DNA from: Pseudomonadota bacterium
GTDB lineage: Archaea > Thermoplasmatota > SW-10-69-26 > JACQPN01 > JAJPHT01
Direction: 5' to 3'
Assembly (NCBI GenBank): GCA_021325135.1
Contig: JAJPHT010000022.1
Coordinates: forward strand, 1-64,000
DNA: 64,000 nucleotides
A program made the translations under genes and the position numbers. A model generated the notes under the pieces. The model saw nothing but the letters and a program-made list of their open reading frames with translations. It searched no databases and had not been told where the DNA came from. This document shows, one piece after another, positions 38,421 to 47,160 of this stretch. Numbering within the stretch: the first letter of the stretch is position 1; each line of letters begins with the position of its first letter.

Positions 38421-38948
38421 TCAGACGGGGACGACGCCCACGAAGAGGGCGAAGGCGAGGACGAGGAGCGTCGCGACGGTCACGACGGGCATGAACGGGT
38501 ACGCGGCCTTGCCGCGCCCCAGGAGCCTCGCGGCGGGCCAGGCCAGGAGCTTGAGCGCGACGAAGTAGAGGACCACGAGGAGGGGCGGGAAGAGGGCGGC
38601 CGCCGCGACGCAGGCCGCGACGTCCGCGGTGGCGAGGCGCAGCCAGAGGCCGATGGCGCGGTGGCTCAGGAGCGCGAAGAGGACGATGAGGCCCCACTTG
38701 GCGAAGAAGGGCGCGCCGGGGCGGAAGTCGACGGCCCAGACGTGGATCGCCAGGAGGACGACGGCGAAGGCCCACCAGACGTCCATGAACTCGCGCTGCG
38801 CCGACATGTGCTTCACGTCGGAGAGCGTGGCCACCACGAAGGAGCCCAGGAGGAAGAAGAGGCCGTCCACCTCCAGGGGCGAGAGGTCCCACGCCACGAA
38901 GGGCGAGAGCGCGTCGAGCACGCTCCGGCGATCCTCCGGGCGCGCCAT
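38421..38948 (-). CDS. Divergent A24 prepilin-peptidase-like membrane protein
   Basis: Polytopic; ATLSDVK (Asp1), LATADV at the GxGD position, YPFMP near the C-terminus; divergent from the pilin genes. Confidence 0.65.
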   Translation of the reverse strand: MARPEDRRSVLDALSPFVAWDLSPLEVDGLFFLLGSFVVATLSDVKHMSAQREFMDVWWAFAVVLLAIHVWAVDFRPGAPFFAKWGLIVLFALLSHRAIGLWLRLATADVAACVAAAALFPPLLVVLYFVALKLLAWPAARLLGRGKAAYPFMPVVTVATLLVLAFALFVGVVPV

Positions 38949-39070
38949 GAACGCGTCGAATCGCGTTCGGAGACGCGCGCGCGGCGCGCCGCTCCCCGCG
39001 ATAGCATTTTGGGTCCGCCAGGCCGGGAGACGGGGGAACGACGCCGGGGTTCCCTGTCGCCCGACCGTGG

Positions 39071-39080
39071 TCTTATATAG
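39071..39080 (+). promoter_or_regulatory. TATA box of the pilin genes
   Basis: TCTTATATAG upstream of SD GGAGG and ATG 39138. Confidence 0.65.
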
Positions 39081-39137
39081 GCCCTGCAACCGAGCAACCC
39101 GGCGAGTTGGGTTTCGGCCCGCTCGGAGGACCAAACG

Positions 39138-39617
39138 ATGAAAGCGAACCAGAAGTTCCTGGCTGGCGACGATGAGGCTGTTTCCCCGGTCATCGCCGTG
39201 ATCCTGATGGTGGCCATCACCGTCGTGCTCGCGGCGACCGTCTACGTCTGGGTATCCGGCTTCGGCGCCCAGAGCGGCAACCCGCAGAAGAGCATGTCGC
39301 TCACCAGCGCGGGCGCCCTGTCGGGCGGCTTCAAGACGTACAGCGTCGCGTCGAGCACCACCGGCATGAAGTACGGTGACATCTCGGTCACGCTCAACGG
39401 CGCGACCTTCGCCATGGACGCCACCGTCGCGTGCGCGAGCCCCCAGACCATCCCGACCGCCAGCCAGTACCTGGCGTGCACGGGCACGACGCGCCACGTC
39501 GCGGGCGACGTCATCAGCGCGGGCGACGTCATCTCGCTGCGCGCCTCGAGCGGCGACACGCTGCGCATCCTCGACTCGCAGGCGAACGCGGTCATCCTGA
39601 CCCTGACGGTGGGCTGA
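39138..39617 (+). CDS. Archaeal type IV pilin 1
   Basis: Class III signal peptide DDEA/VSPVIAVILMVAITVVLAATVYVWVSG. Confidence 0.92.
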   Translation: MKANQKFLAGDDEAVSPVIAVILMVAITVVLAATVYVWVSGFGAQSGNPQKSMSLTSAGALSGGFKTYSVASSTTGMKYGDISVTLNGATFAMDATVACASPQTIPTASQYLACTGTTRHVAGDVISAGDVISLRASSGDTLRILDSQANAVILTLTVG

Positions 39618-39630
39618 GGGAGTTGATCTC

Positions 39631-40119
39631 TTGAAGGCCAACCGCAAGTTCCGCATGGACGACGACGGCGTCTCCCCGGTCATCGCCGTGATCCTGATGG
39701 TGGCCATCACCGTCGTGCTCGCGGCGACCGTCTACGTCTGGGTGTCGGGATTCGGCGCCCAGTCGAGCTCGCCGCAGAAGAGCATCGCGCTCACCAGCGC
39801 GGCCGCGCTCAGCGGCGGCAAGAAGACGTACACCATCGCCTCGTCGACGAGCACCATCAAGTACAGCGACATCCGCGTCACGGTGAACGGCGTGCAGCAG
39901 GACCTCACGCAGACGAGCCCCGGCACGGCCGGCGCCTGCTCCACGACGCCCGCGGCGGCCACGCTCTTCGTGGCGTGCGCGCAGAACGCCGAGGCGCTCA
40001 ACGCGACGATCATCCACGCCGGCGACACGCTGACGCTGGGTGGCGTCAGCTCGGGCCAGACGCTGCGCATCCTGGACTCCCAGGCCAACGCGGTGATGCT
40101 GACCCTGACCATCGGGTGA
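39631..40119 (+). CDS. Archaeal type IV pilin 2 (TTG start)
   Basis: DDDG/VSPVIAVILMVAITVVLAATVYVWVSG, identical H-domain to pilin 1. Confidence 0.92.
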   Translation: MKANRKFRMDDDGVSPVIAVILMVAITVVLAATVYVWVSGFGAQSSSPQKSIALTSAAALSGGKKTYTIASSTSTIKYSDIRVTVNGVQQDLTQTSPGTAGACSTTPAAATLFVACAQNAEALNATIIHAGDTLTLGGVSSGQTLRILDSQANAVMLTLTIG

Positions 40120-40131
40120 GGATCGTCCCCC

Positions 40132-40176
40132 GCGGCCCGGGCGACCGGGCCGCACCCCCTCTTCTTTTCATCTTCT
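40132..40176 (+). terminator. Pilin terminator
   Basis: 9-bp stem with GCGA tetraloop followed by a pyrimidine/T tract. Confidence 0.65.
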
Positions 40177-40499
40177 GACGAACTCCAGGCGGAGCCATCT
40201 CCGGCGAAGCGCGACAAGCCGGCAGGCTCCCGGGCGTGTTCACGCGCGGAGGTGACACCCTCCCCGTGACACGCCGTGTCGGTGCGTCCCGCCGCTTGCC
40301 GGCGCTCGCGATTTCCACGAGAGAAACGCACGCACGCCGGACCTCGTTTCGCGCATCGCCGGCCCCCGACCGTTAACGGAAGTGTTTTTAAGGGGGCCGT
40401 GGTTCGCGGCTCCAGACGGAGAGCCAGCTCTCTCACAGACGGCTGGGCATGATCCGCGAAATGGGACGAATCGTTTCGAATCATGGAGGAATCCATACC

Positions 40500-43400
40500 A
40501 TGGATGCTACTACTAAGACCAAGACCCTCGCGGTCGCCTTCGTGGCGTTCCTCGTCGGCTCCGTCTTCGTCTCGGGTGTCGCCACCGCGCACTCCGCTGA
40601 CCTGGCGGCCGCCGACGATGCGGGCCACAACGTGGCGAACCCCGCGAACGTCCTCACCGTGGGCAACCCCATCCGGGTCGTCCACTTCAACACCGCCGGC
40701 ACCATCTCGCAGGTCACGTACCCCGAGAACGGGACGATCGACTACAACCAGACGTACGACCTGACGCTGACGGCCATCGGCAACTCCACCGGCGCGACCG
40801 GCGTCAACCTCGCGTGGGGCACCCAGTACCAGCTCGTCGCCCCCTCGGGCACGCTGGTGGGCGCCACCCGCTCGGCCTACAACGACACCGAGCACTGCGG
40901 CCAGGGCTCCACGGCCCCCGTGGCCTACCAGACCGCGTGCGGCGCGCCCTACTCCTTCGCGAACATCACGTTCCCCAACGTGAAGTTCAGCGAGGGCGGC
41001 ATCTGGCTCGTCACCAACGCGACCAGCTCGGCGACCGTCGCCCAGTTCGTCGTCTCGCCCCACACCGAGATCGCGGTCTCCCTGAGCAAGACGAGCGTCG
41101 TCTACAACCCGACGGGCTCGTTCAACTACATCCTCACGGCGACCTACGCGGCGAACGGCACCCCCGTCTCCGGCGCGGTCATCGACGTCTTCCCCTCGGG
41201 CTCCGGCCTGACCAACGGCGTCACGACCCAGCCTGACGGCACGGCCACGGTCCTCCAGACCGGCACGCCCCACGCCAACGTGTACCACTTCTTCGTGAAC
41301 GCGTCCATCGCCAACACGGTGACGGGCTCGTGCGCCTCGGGCGACCCCGTCAGCACGTGCAGCGACATCTTCGGCGAGAACAACCTGACCATCAGCGCCG
41401 CGCCCCTGACGGTCAACAAGAACTCGACGACGGCGTACACGGGCTTCCAGAACAACGTGACGTTCACGCCCCAGTTCCAGTCCGCGCAGGACTCGAACAG
41501 CAGCTTCGCCTTCACCGGCGTGCAGGCCTCGGCCGGCACGGCGCTGGGCGCGGGCTTCTTCCCGAACGCCTCGAAGTTCAACGCCTCGGTGACCTTCCCC
41601 AACGGGACGGTCCTCTACATGTCCGGCGCGACCCGCGGCTCGCTCGCGTTCCCCGTGAGCGAGTTCACGGTCTCCGGCGGCTCGAACCTCCAGTGCTTCG
41701 ACCCCAACAACGCCGTCTGGATCTCCGGCCCCGGCAGCGCGTGCAACGTCACGAGCATCCTGGCCAAGTCCTTCGGCGTCGACCAGGACACCGGCCGCAT
41801 CTACTTCGTGCCCGGCTCCAGCCTCTGGCTGGGCGGCACGTACACCTTCGGCCTGACCATCAGCAACGACGCGGCGGGCAACTCGGAGTACTCCGGCTCG
41901 ACCACGCTTGTTCCCACCTCCCCCGCGGGCGTCAACCTCGCCCTCACGGACGGCAGCGGGAACTCGCTCACGGCGATCCCCGTCCTCCCCGGCACGGGCA
42001 GCCCCCTGGGTCTCCAGGGCCAGACGGTCCTGCTGAACATCACCGGCGAGTCGCTCTTCCAGCACCCCCTGTGCGAGTCGGGCGGCGCGCCCGGCGACGT
42101 GGGCTGCACGGCGAGCCCCACCGGCACCGAGGGTTCCGGCGGCAACTTCGCGGAGAACATCACCGTCTCCGGCGCGGTCCTCCCCACGCACCCCACCACG
42201 GGCTCCGCCTCGGGTGACATCACGTACAACCGCACGACCGGCATCGCGACGATCAGCAACCTCGTCACGAGCGGCTCGGGCAACGTGGTGTTCTCGGTCA
42301 ACTGGAAGGGCACGACGACGACCCTGACCGTCCCCACGAGCGGTGGCGCCAACATCACCACCGACACGGCGGACATCCAGGTCGGCAAGCTGACGAACTT
42401 CACGATCACCGTGAAGGACGCCTTCGGCAACCTCGTCCCCACCGCAACCATCAAGGGCTTCAACGAGGACGGCAGCGCGTTCTCGCCCACCACGGATCCC
42501 TTCGGCTCGGGCGGCATCACCGGCAACGGTGGCCCCACCATGGGCCAGGGCGGCGTGTACAACATCAACATCACGCCCGCCAGCGTGAAGAACATGATCG
42601 TCCAGGCGACGGTCCAGCCCCCCGGCGGCACCGCGACCTACGCGCTCTACCGCGTGAAGGTCGTCGCCGGCCACGACCTGACCGTCAACCTGTCGAAGAC
42701 GGACACCTCCGCGGGTCTGCCGACGTTCATCAGCGTGAACGCGACGAACTCGACGGGCGCGGGCGTCCCGACCGGAACGGCCCAGGTCTACCTGCTGACG
42801 GCCCAGGAGAAGACTGACCTCCTGGCCAACGGCAGCACGTCGCTGAGCAGCGTCCCGTCGTTCCGCAAGTTCGGGAACAGCCTCACGGCGTTCACGAACT
42901 CCAGCGTGTACGGCGTCAACATCACGGCTGCCCTCGGCGCGGACGTCTACAACGTCTACGTCCAGGACGCCGCCGTGCCCTCGCTCCAGCACGACAACCT
43001 GAACAGCATGCCCATGCTCACCGTGCACAACTACACGGTGACCTTCGTGCCCGCGACCATCGCGACCAACTGGACCGGCCAGACCAACGTCACGGTCAAC
43101 GCGACGATCAAGGACTGGCAGGGCAACCTCGCGCCCAACGGCACGCAGATGCGGTACAGCCTGGCGAACTCCACGGGCAACCTCACGGACCCGACGGTGG
43201 GCGGCAGCTACAACTTCGCCGCGCTGAACAAGACGGGCATCACGAACGGCGTGGTCACCCTGACGGTCACGGGCCGCGACCCGGGCGTCATCATGGTCGA
43301 GATCATGCCCGCCTCGAGCGCGGGCACCCCCATCTTCACGGGCGCCACCGGCGCGCTCGTCGTGGCGGGTCCGACCGTGACGGTGAACCCCACCAGCGTG

Positions 43401-44462
43401 AACATCCTCACGCCGCAGGTCTTGACGATCACGGCCGCCAACTTCACGGGTGGCGCGCTGGCTGGCGTCGAGGTCCGCGTGTGCGGCATCTCGCTGAACG
43501 CGAACTTCCCCTCGACCGCTCCCACGACGCTGACGGCCTCGGACCGCGCGAACTGCACGGCCGTGGACGTCACCAACGCCGACGGGACGGCCGCGGTCAA
43601 CGTCGCGCCCAACAGCCTGTCGCCGCTCCTGGTCTACGTGAACAACGTGAACACCGGCGTGTCGATCCCCGTCTTCGCGGGCACCCTCGCGGTGAGCATC
43701 GACAAGACGTCCCCCAAGACTGGCGACACCGTGACCATCACGGCCGCCCAGTCCCAGGGCGCCTCCGGCTCGGCGGGCATCGCGGTCAACGTGACCCGCG
43801 ACGGCACGTTCGTCGTCAACCAGACGAGCGACTCCTCGGGCCACGTCGTGCTCTCCAACGTGAGCGCCGGCAACTACAGCATCGTGGCGACCCGCAGCGG
43901 CTTCCTGCCTGGCTTCCTCAACTTCAGCGTTGGGGCGTCCAGCGGGAACGTCACGCCCCCGGGCCCGCACTTCACCCTGTCCAACCTCGTGGTGCCCGAC
44001 ACCGCGACGGTCGGCCAGCCGGTGACGGTCAGCGCTGACGTGAAGAACGACGGCACCTCCTCGGGCACGGCCAACATGCTGCTGCTCGTGAACGACAAGG
44101 TCGTCGGCACGTTCTCGCTGCCCGACCTCGGCGTTGGCGAGACGCAGAGCGTGCAGTTCCAGCCCTTCACGCCCAGCGTCCCCGGCACGTTCCACGTCGT
44201 CGTCAAGATCGGCACCACGACTGTCGACAAGACGATCACGGTGAACCAGCAGGGCACGACCACGTCGACGCCCACGACGAGCACGACGACCACGACGACG
44301 ACCACGACGACCACGTCGCCGACGGTCTCGTCGAGCCCCGTGACGAGCACGCCCACGTCGACCACGACCACGACGCCGAGCCCCAGGGTGCCCGGCTTCG
44401 AGTTCGTGGCCCTCGTCGGCGCCATCGCCGCGGCGCTCCTCGTGCTCCGCCGCAAGAACTAA
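40500..44462 (+). CDS. Major cell-surface (S-layer-like) glycoprotein with PGF-CTERM (1320 aa)
   Basis: TTTTTAAG TATA at 40385; SD GGAGGA; signal peptide; very many N-x-S/T sequons; Thr-rich linker; VPGFE-TM-RRKN. Confidence 0.85.
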   Translation: MDATTKTKTLAVAFVAFLVGSVFVSGVATAHSADLAAADDAGHNVANPANVLTVGNPIRVVHFNTAGTISQVTYPENGTIDYNQTYDLTLTAIGNSTGATGVNLAWGTQYQLVAPSGTLVGATRSAYNDTEHCGQGSTAPVAYQTACGAPYSFANITFPNVKFSEGGIWLVTNATSSATVAQFVVSPHTEIAVSLSKTSVVYNPTGSFNYILTATYAANGTPVSGAVIDVFPSGSGLTNGVTTQPDGTATVLQTGTPHANVYHFFVNASIANTVTGSCASGDPVSTCSDIFGENNLTISAAPLTVNKNSTTAYTGFQNNVTFTPQFQSAQDSNSSFAFTGVQASAGTALGAGFFPNASKFNASVTFPNGTVLYMSGATRGSLAFPVSEFTVSGGSNLQCFDPNNAVWISGPGSACNVTSILAKSFGVDQDTGRIYFVPGSSLWLGGTYTFGLTISNDAAGNSEYSGSTTLVPTSPAGVNLALTDGSGNSLTAIPVLPGTGSPLGLQGQTVLLNITGESLFQHPLCESGGAPGDVGCTASPTGTEGSGGNFAENITVSGAVLPTHPTTGSASGDITYNRTTGIATISNLVTSGSGNVVFSVNWKGTTTTLTVPTSGGANITTDTADIQVGKLTNFTITVKDAFGNLVPTATIKGFNEDGSAFSPTTDPFGSGGITGNGGPTMGQGGVYNINITPASVKNMIVQATVQPPGGTATYALYRVKVVAGHDLTVNLSKTDTSAGLPTFISVNATNSTGAGVPTGTAQVYLLTAQEKTDLLANGSTSLSSVPSFRKFGNSLTAFTNSSVYGVNITAALGADVYNVYVQDAAVPSLQHDNLNSMPMLTVHNYTVTFVPATIATNWTGQTNVTVNATIKDWQGNLAPNGTQMRYSLANSTGNLTDPTVGGSYNFAALNKTGITNGVVTLTVTGRDPGVIMVEIMPASSAGTPIFTGATGALVVAGPTVTVNPTSVNILTPQVLTITAANFTGGALAGVEVRVCGISLNANFPSTAPTTLTASDRANCTAVDVTNADGTAAVNVAPNSLSPLLVYVNNVNTGVSIPVFAGTLAVSIDKTSPKTGDTVTITAAQSQGASGSAGIAVNVTRDGTFVVNQTSDSSGHVVLSNVSAGNYSIVATRSGFLPGFLNFSVGASSGNVTPPGPHFTLSNLVVPDTATVGQPVTVSADVKNDGTSSGTANMLLLVNDKVVGTFSLPDLGVGETQSVQFQPFTPSVPGTFHVVVKIGTTTVDKTITVNQQGTTTSTPTTSTTTTTTTTTTTSPTVSSSPVTSTPTSTTTTTPSPRVPGFEFVALVGAIAAALLVLRRKN

Positions 44463-44473
44463 CTGAGCGCACG

Positions 44474-44524
44474 GCGCGGGCGCCCTTGAGGCGCCCGCGC
44501 ATCCCCCCTTTTTCTCATCTTCTC
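44474..44524 (+). terminator. Terminator of the surface glycoprotein gene
   Basis: 11-bp stem GCGCGGGCGCC/GGCGCCCGCGC then a T tract. Confidence 0.7.
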
Positions 44525-44597
44525 TCCCCCAGCGCGAGCGCCGCGTCGCCTCCAGCGGGGATCAGATGATAAGGCCGCGACGGCACGCTGGGGGAGC

Positions 44598-45002
44598 ATG
44601 CTTCCCCTCCTCGCCATCGGCCGCTCCATGCGACGCAGCCACGCCCGCCGCGCCGTCCTCGTCGCCCTCGACCGGCTCGGGCAGGCCGGGCTCGCGCCGC
44701 TCGCGGAGCAGGCGGGCCTCGCGCCCGAGCGCGTGCGCGCGGTCCTCCACGGCCGTCTGCCGGGCTTCCTGCCGGAGCTGTCGCTCCTCGCGCTGGAGCT
44801 CGTCCGCCAGGAAGGAGAGGAGTACGCCATCGCGCCGCGCGGGCGGCTCGTCGTGAGGTCGCTGGCGCGCGGCGGGCTCAAGCTCCTGCTGGAGGGGCCG
44901 GACGCCGCGCTGCGCGCGCCGCTGGAAGCCGCGCACGAAGAACGATGCCCCGCGTGCGGGCAGCGCGTGCCGCCGCGCGACCGCAGGCCGCAGAGGCGTT
45001 AG
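44598..45002 (+). CDS. EarA/DUF1495-like winged-helix regulator, paralog 2
   Basis: RSMRRSHARRAVL...LHGRLPGFLPELSLLALELV; C-terminal CPACG. Confidence 0.62.
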   Translation: MLPLLAIGRSMRRSHARRAVLVALDRLGQAGLAPLAEQAGLAPERVRAVLHGRLPGFLPELSLLALELVRQEGEEYAIAPRGRLVVRSLARGGLKLLLEGPDAALRAPLEAAHEERCPACGQRVPPRDRRPQRR

Positions 45003-45003
45003 C

Positions 45004-45318
45004 TCACGCCTTGGGCTTCGCCTCGCCCTTGGGCGCCTCGGCGGCCTTCAGCGCCTCGGCGATCTGCTGGAGAAGCACGCTCTTCGCGCCGCGCGCGTCG
45101 ATGAGCACGCGCCCTTCGCTCTTCCACCAGCGCTTGGGGTGGCCCACGCCCTTCTCCAGGACGGGGCGCAGGTGCATCTTCGCGGCGACCTGGGCGACGG
45201 CCTCGGCGGTGGGCTCCGCGATGGCCAGGTGCCTGGGCACCCGGCGCCAGGGGCGCGGCTCGGCCGCGTCGAAGTAGAGCGGCCAGAGGACGAGTTTCCC
45301 GTCGTCGCGCGAGACCAT
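45004..45318 (-). CDS. srp19: Signal recognition particle 19 kDa protein
   Basis: LWPLYFD...RRVP..LAI..PT...HPKRWW..EGRV...K..LL. Confidence 0.9.
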   Translation of the reverse strand: MVSRDDGKLVLWPLYFDAAEPRPWRRVPRHLAIAEPTAEAVAQVAAKMHLRPVLEKGVGHPKRWWKSEGRVLIDARGAKSVLLQQIAEALKAAEAPKGEAKPKA

Positions 45319-45367
45319 GAGAATCAGAGGGAAGCGGCCGGCAGGGGCGGCCGAGGTGTCAGGCGGT

Positions 45368-45748
45368 TCACTCGACGAGGACGGCGTTGATCGCGCCGTG
45401 CTGGCCGGGGCGGCTCGTGATCCGCGCCTTTCCGGCGCTGGTCTGCACGATGGCGCCCTTGGTCATGATGTTGCGGCGCACGTAGTTGATGTTCGCCGGG
45501 TTGCCCGTCACGGTGGTGATCTTCGCGGGCGCGGTCTTCCCCGTCTTGGGGTTGGTCACGTTGGCCGTGTCCGCCTTGAGCATGCGCACGCGCATCTCGC
45601 CCGCGCGGACGCGGACGTACTTGCGCTTCGTCGCGCCGATGGTCGTGAGAACGGGCTCGCGGCCGATCTCGAACTTGCGCTTCTTGTGGGCCATCATCCG
45701 GCGGCCGCCGGAGGGCTTGCGCTTGGATTCGCCCTGCCAAATCGCCAT
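45368..45748 (-). CDS. rps8e: 30S ribosomal protein S8e
   Basis: MAIWQGESKRKPSGG, KRKFEIGR, TKGAI, SRPGQHG. Confidence 0.97.
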   Translation of the reverse strand: MAIWQGESKRKPSGGRRMMAHKKRKFEIGREPVLTTIGATKRKYVRVRAGEMRVRMLKADTANVTNPKTGKTAPAKITTVTGNPANINYVRRNIMTKGAIVQTSAGKARITSRPGQHGAINAVLVE

Positions 45749-46046
45749 GCTGACACCGATCCTGAGGGGGCAGCGATCCCCGTTCCCCTATTTGAGTATT
45801 TTCCGGGCGGAGGATCCTCCGCGACTTGAGGGGCCCAGGGTTTCCACCGAGCGTGTTAAGTAGTGGCTAGCCTCTTTCCGGTGCAGCCACTCCCTCCCGT
45901 GCAGCCATGCGGCGGTGAGAAATCTTCTTATAGCGATATCGCAACATAGGCCTCACGCACGGGGCATCCGACCCGCATCGGGTATGGATCCACCAGGGAA
46001 ACGGGCCTCGGACGGCCTGTCTTCTGTGCCCAGGAAGGAATACGAG

Positions 46047-46451
46047 ATGGCTCAACTTTCTCGTCGGGAAGCCGACTTGGAGATCATCACCGTCGAGGAC
46101 CTTTCCCAGGCGATCCAGGACCGCATTGGCCTGGGGCTTGAGGAGGCCGACCGCGACGCCGAGTTCGTGATGGATATCTTCGGCTTCAACGACCGCATCA
46201 TCGACAACGTCCTCGAGCCCGAGGACCGTCAGCTCTTCTACATCCTGGAGGAAGAGGGGCTTCTCACCACCGAGCGCGAGGAGACCACGCTCTACGACGG
46301 CCGCGAGTGGCGCACCCACTACTGGCTCTTCAGGAAGGACAAGATCCTCGCCTCCGCCGAGGCCGCCCGCGCCAAGGCCGGCTCCGCCGACCACGAGTTC
46401 GGCATCTACGCCGAGATGCCCGAAGACGTGTGGGCCGCCCGGAAGCGCTAG
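46047..46451 (+). CDS. DUF6015-like conserved Thermoplasmatota protein
   Basis: DIFGFNDRIIDNVLEPEDRQLFYILEEEGLLTTEREETTLYDGREWRTHYW. Confidence 0.7.
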   Translation: MAQLSRREADLEIITVEDLSQAIQDRIGLGLEEADRDAEFVMDIFGFNDRIIDNVLEPEDRQLFYILEEEGLLTTEREETTLYDGREWRTHYWLFRKDKILASAEAARAKAGSADHEFGIYAEMPEDVWAARKR

Positions 46452-46618
46452 CTCCCGAAAGCGCCGACGAGCGGGCTCGTTGAGCGCCGCCCGGAAGCGC
46501 TGAGAGTTTTTTCGCCGGCCTCCGGCTGGCTCATCCTCAACCCACCAGGGGGCGCGCCGCCTCGGGCGAGCCAACCCTTGATATGGGGGAACTCCGTTGG
46601 CGCGGCCGAGGAACGCCC

Positions 46619-46834
46619 GTGGCCCTTCCCCTCGACGTGCTTGAGCGCAGCATCAACAAGAAGATGTCCCTCCAGCTCAAGGACGGCCGCGTCATCGAGG
46701 GCAAGCTGGTCGGCTACGACCAGTACATGAACCTCGTCCTGGAAGAGAGCGAGGAGAAGGCCGGAGAGACGGGCCGCCGCCTGGGCACCCTCGTGCTCCG
46801 CGGCAACAACGTCGTGACCATCTCCCCGCAGTAG
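46619..46834 (+). CDS. Sm-like (Lsm/SmAP) RNA-binding protein
   Basis: PLDVLERS...GKLVGYDQYMNLVL (Sm1), LRGNNV (Sm2). Confidence 0.95.
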   Translation: MALPLDVLERSINKKMSLQLKDGRVIEGKLVGYDQYMNLVLEESEEKAGETGRRLGTLVLRGNNVVTISPQ

Positions 46835-46928
46835 GCCTGCCGGCGATCGCCGGACGCGGAACGCCTTATATATCGGCCGACCCCGTGTTTCAAAATCTAT
46901 AAGACACGGGGCATTCTGATAGGAACTC

Positions 46929-47068
46929 GGAAGGGCCCGGCTGGTAGTTGTTCAAGTGCATCCCATCCCCTCCTTGTGAGGCCAGCTTCGTCCTTCCACT
47001 CTCACATCCGCCAGCCCCTCTGGCGGACTCACCATTCTTCCAGGCCGAGCCCTGGCCTGATCCTTTCT
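46929..47068 (+). ncRNA. Candidate structured small RNA
   Basis: Closing stem plus two internal hairpins, upstream TATA-like boxes, 3' hairpin and pyrimidine tract; strand uncertain. Confidence 0.4.
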
Positions 47069-47077
47069 GCGTCGCAG

Positions 47078-47160
47078 GCCCGTCGCGTCGTCACGCCTTC
47101 GTCGTGACGACTTGCGCCGGACCTGCAGCCCGTCGCGTCGTCACGCCTTTGTCGTGACGA
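47078..47160. repeat. 33-bp direct repeat x2 duplicating the 3' end of map
   Basis: 47078-47110 and 47128-47160 match at 32/33 positions. Confidence 0.85.

Noticed and set aside
44255-44380. ACG/ACC tandem repeat
   Set aside because: Encodes the ordinary Thr-rich linker before the PGF-CTERM.
45749-46046. SRP RNA near srp19
   Set aside because: No helix 6/8 motifs recognised; the region looks like divergent promoters.
47078-47160. Mini-CRISPR array
   Set aside because: Only two repeats, a 17-bp spacer, one repeat overlaps the map coding end, and no cas genes are present.
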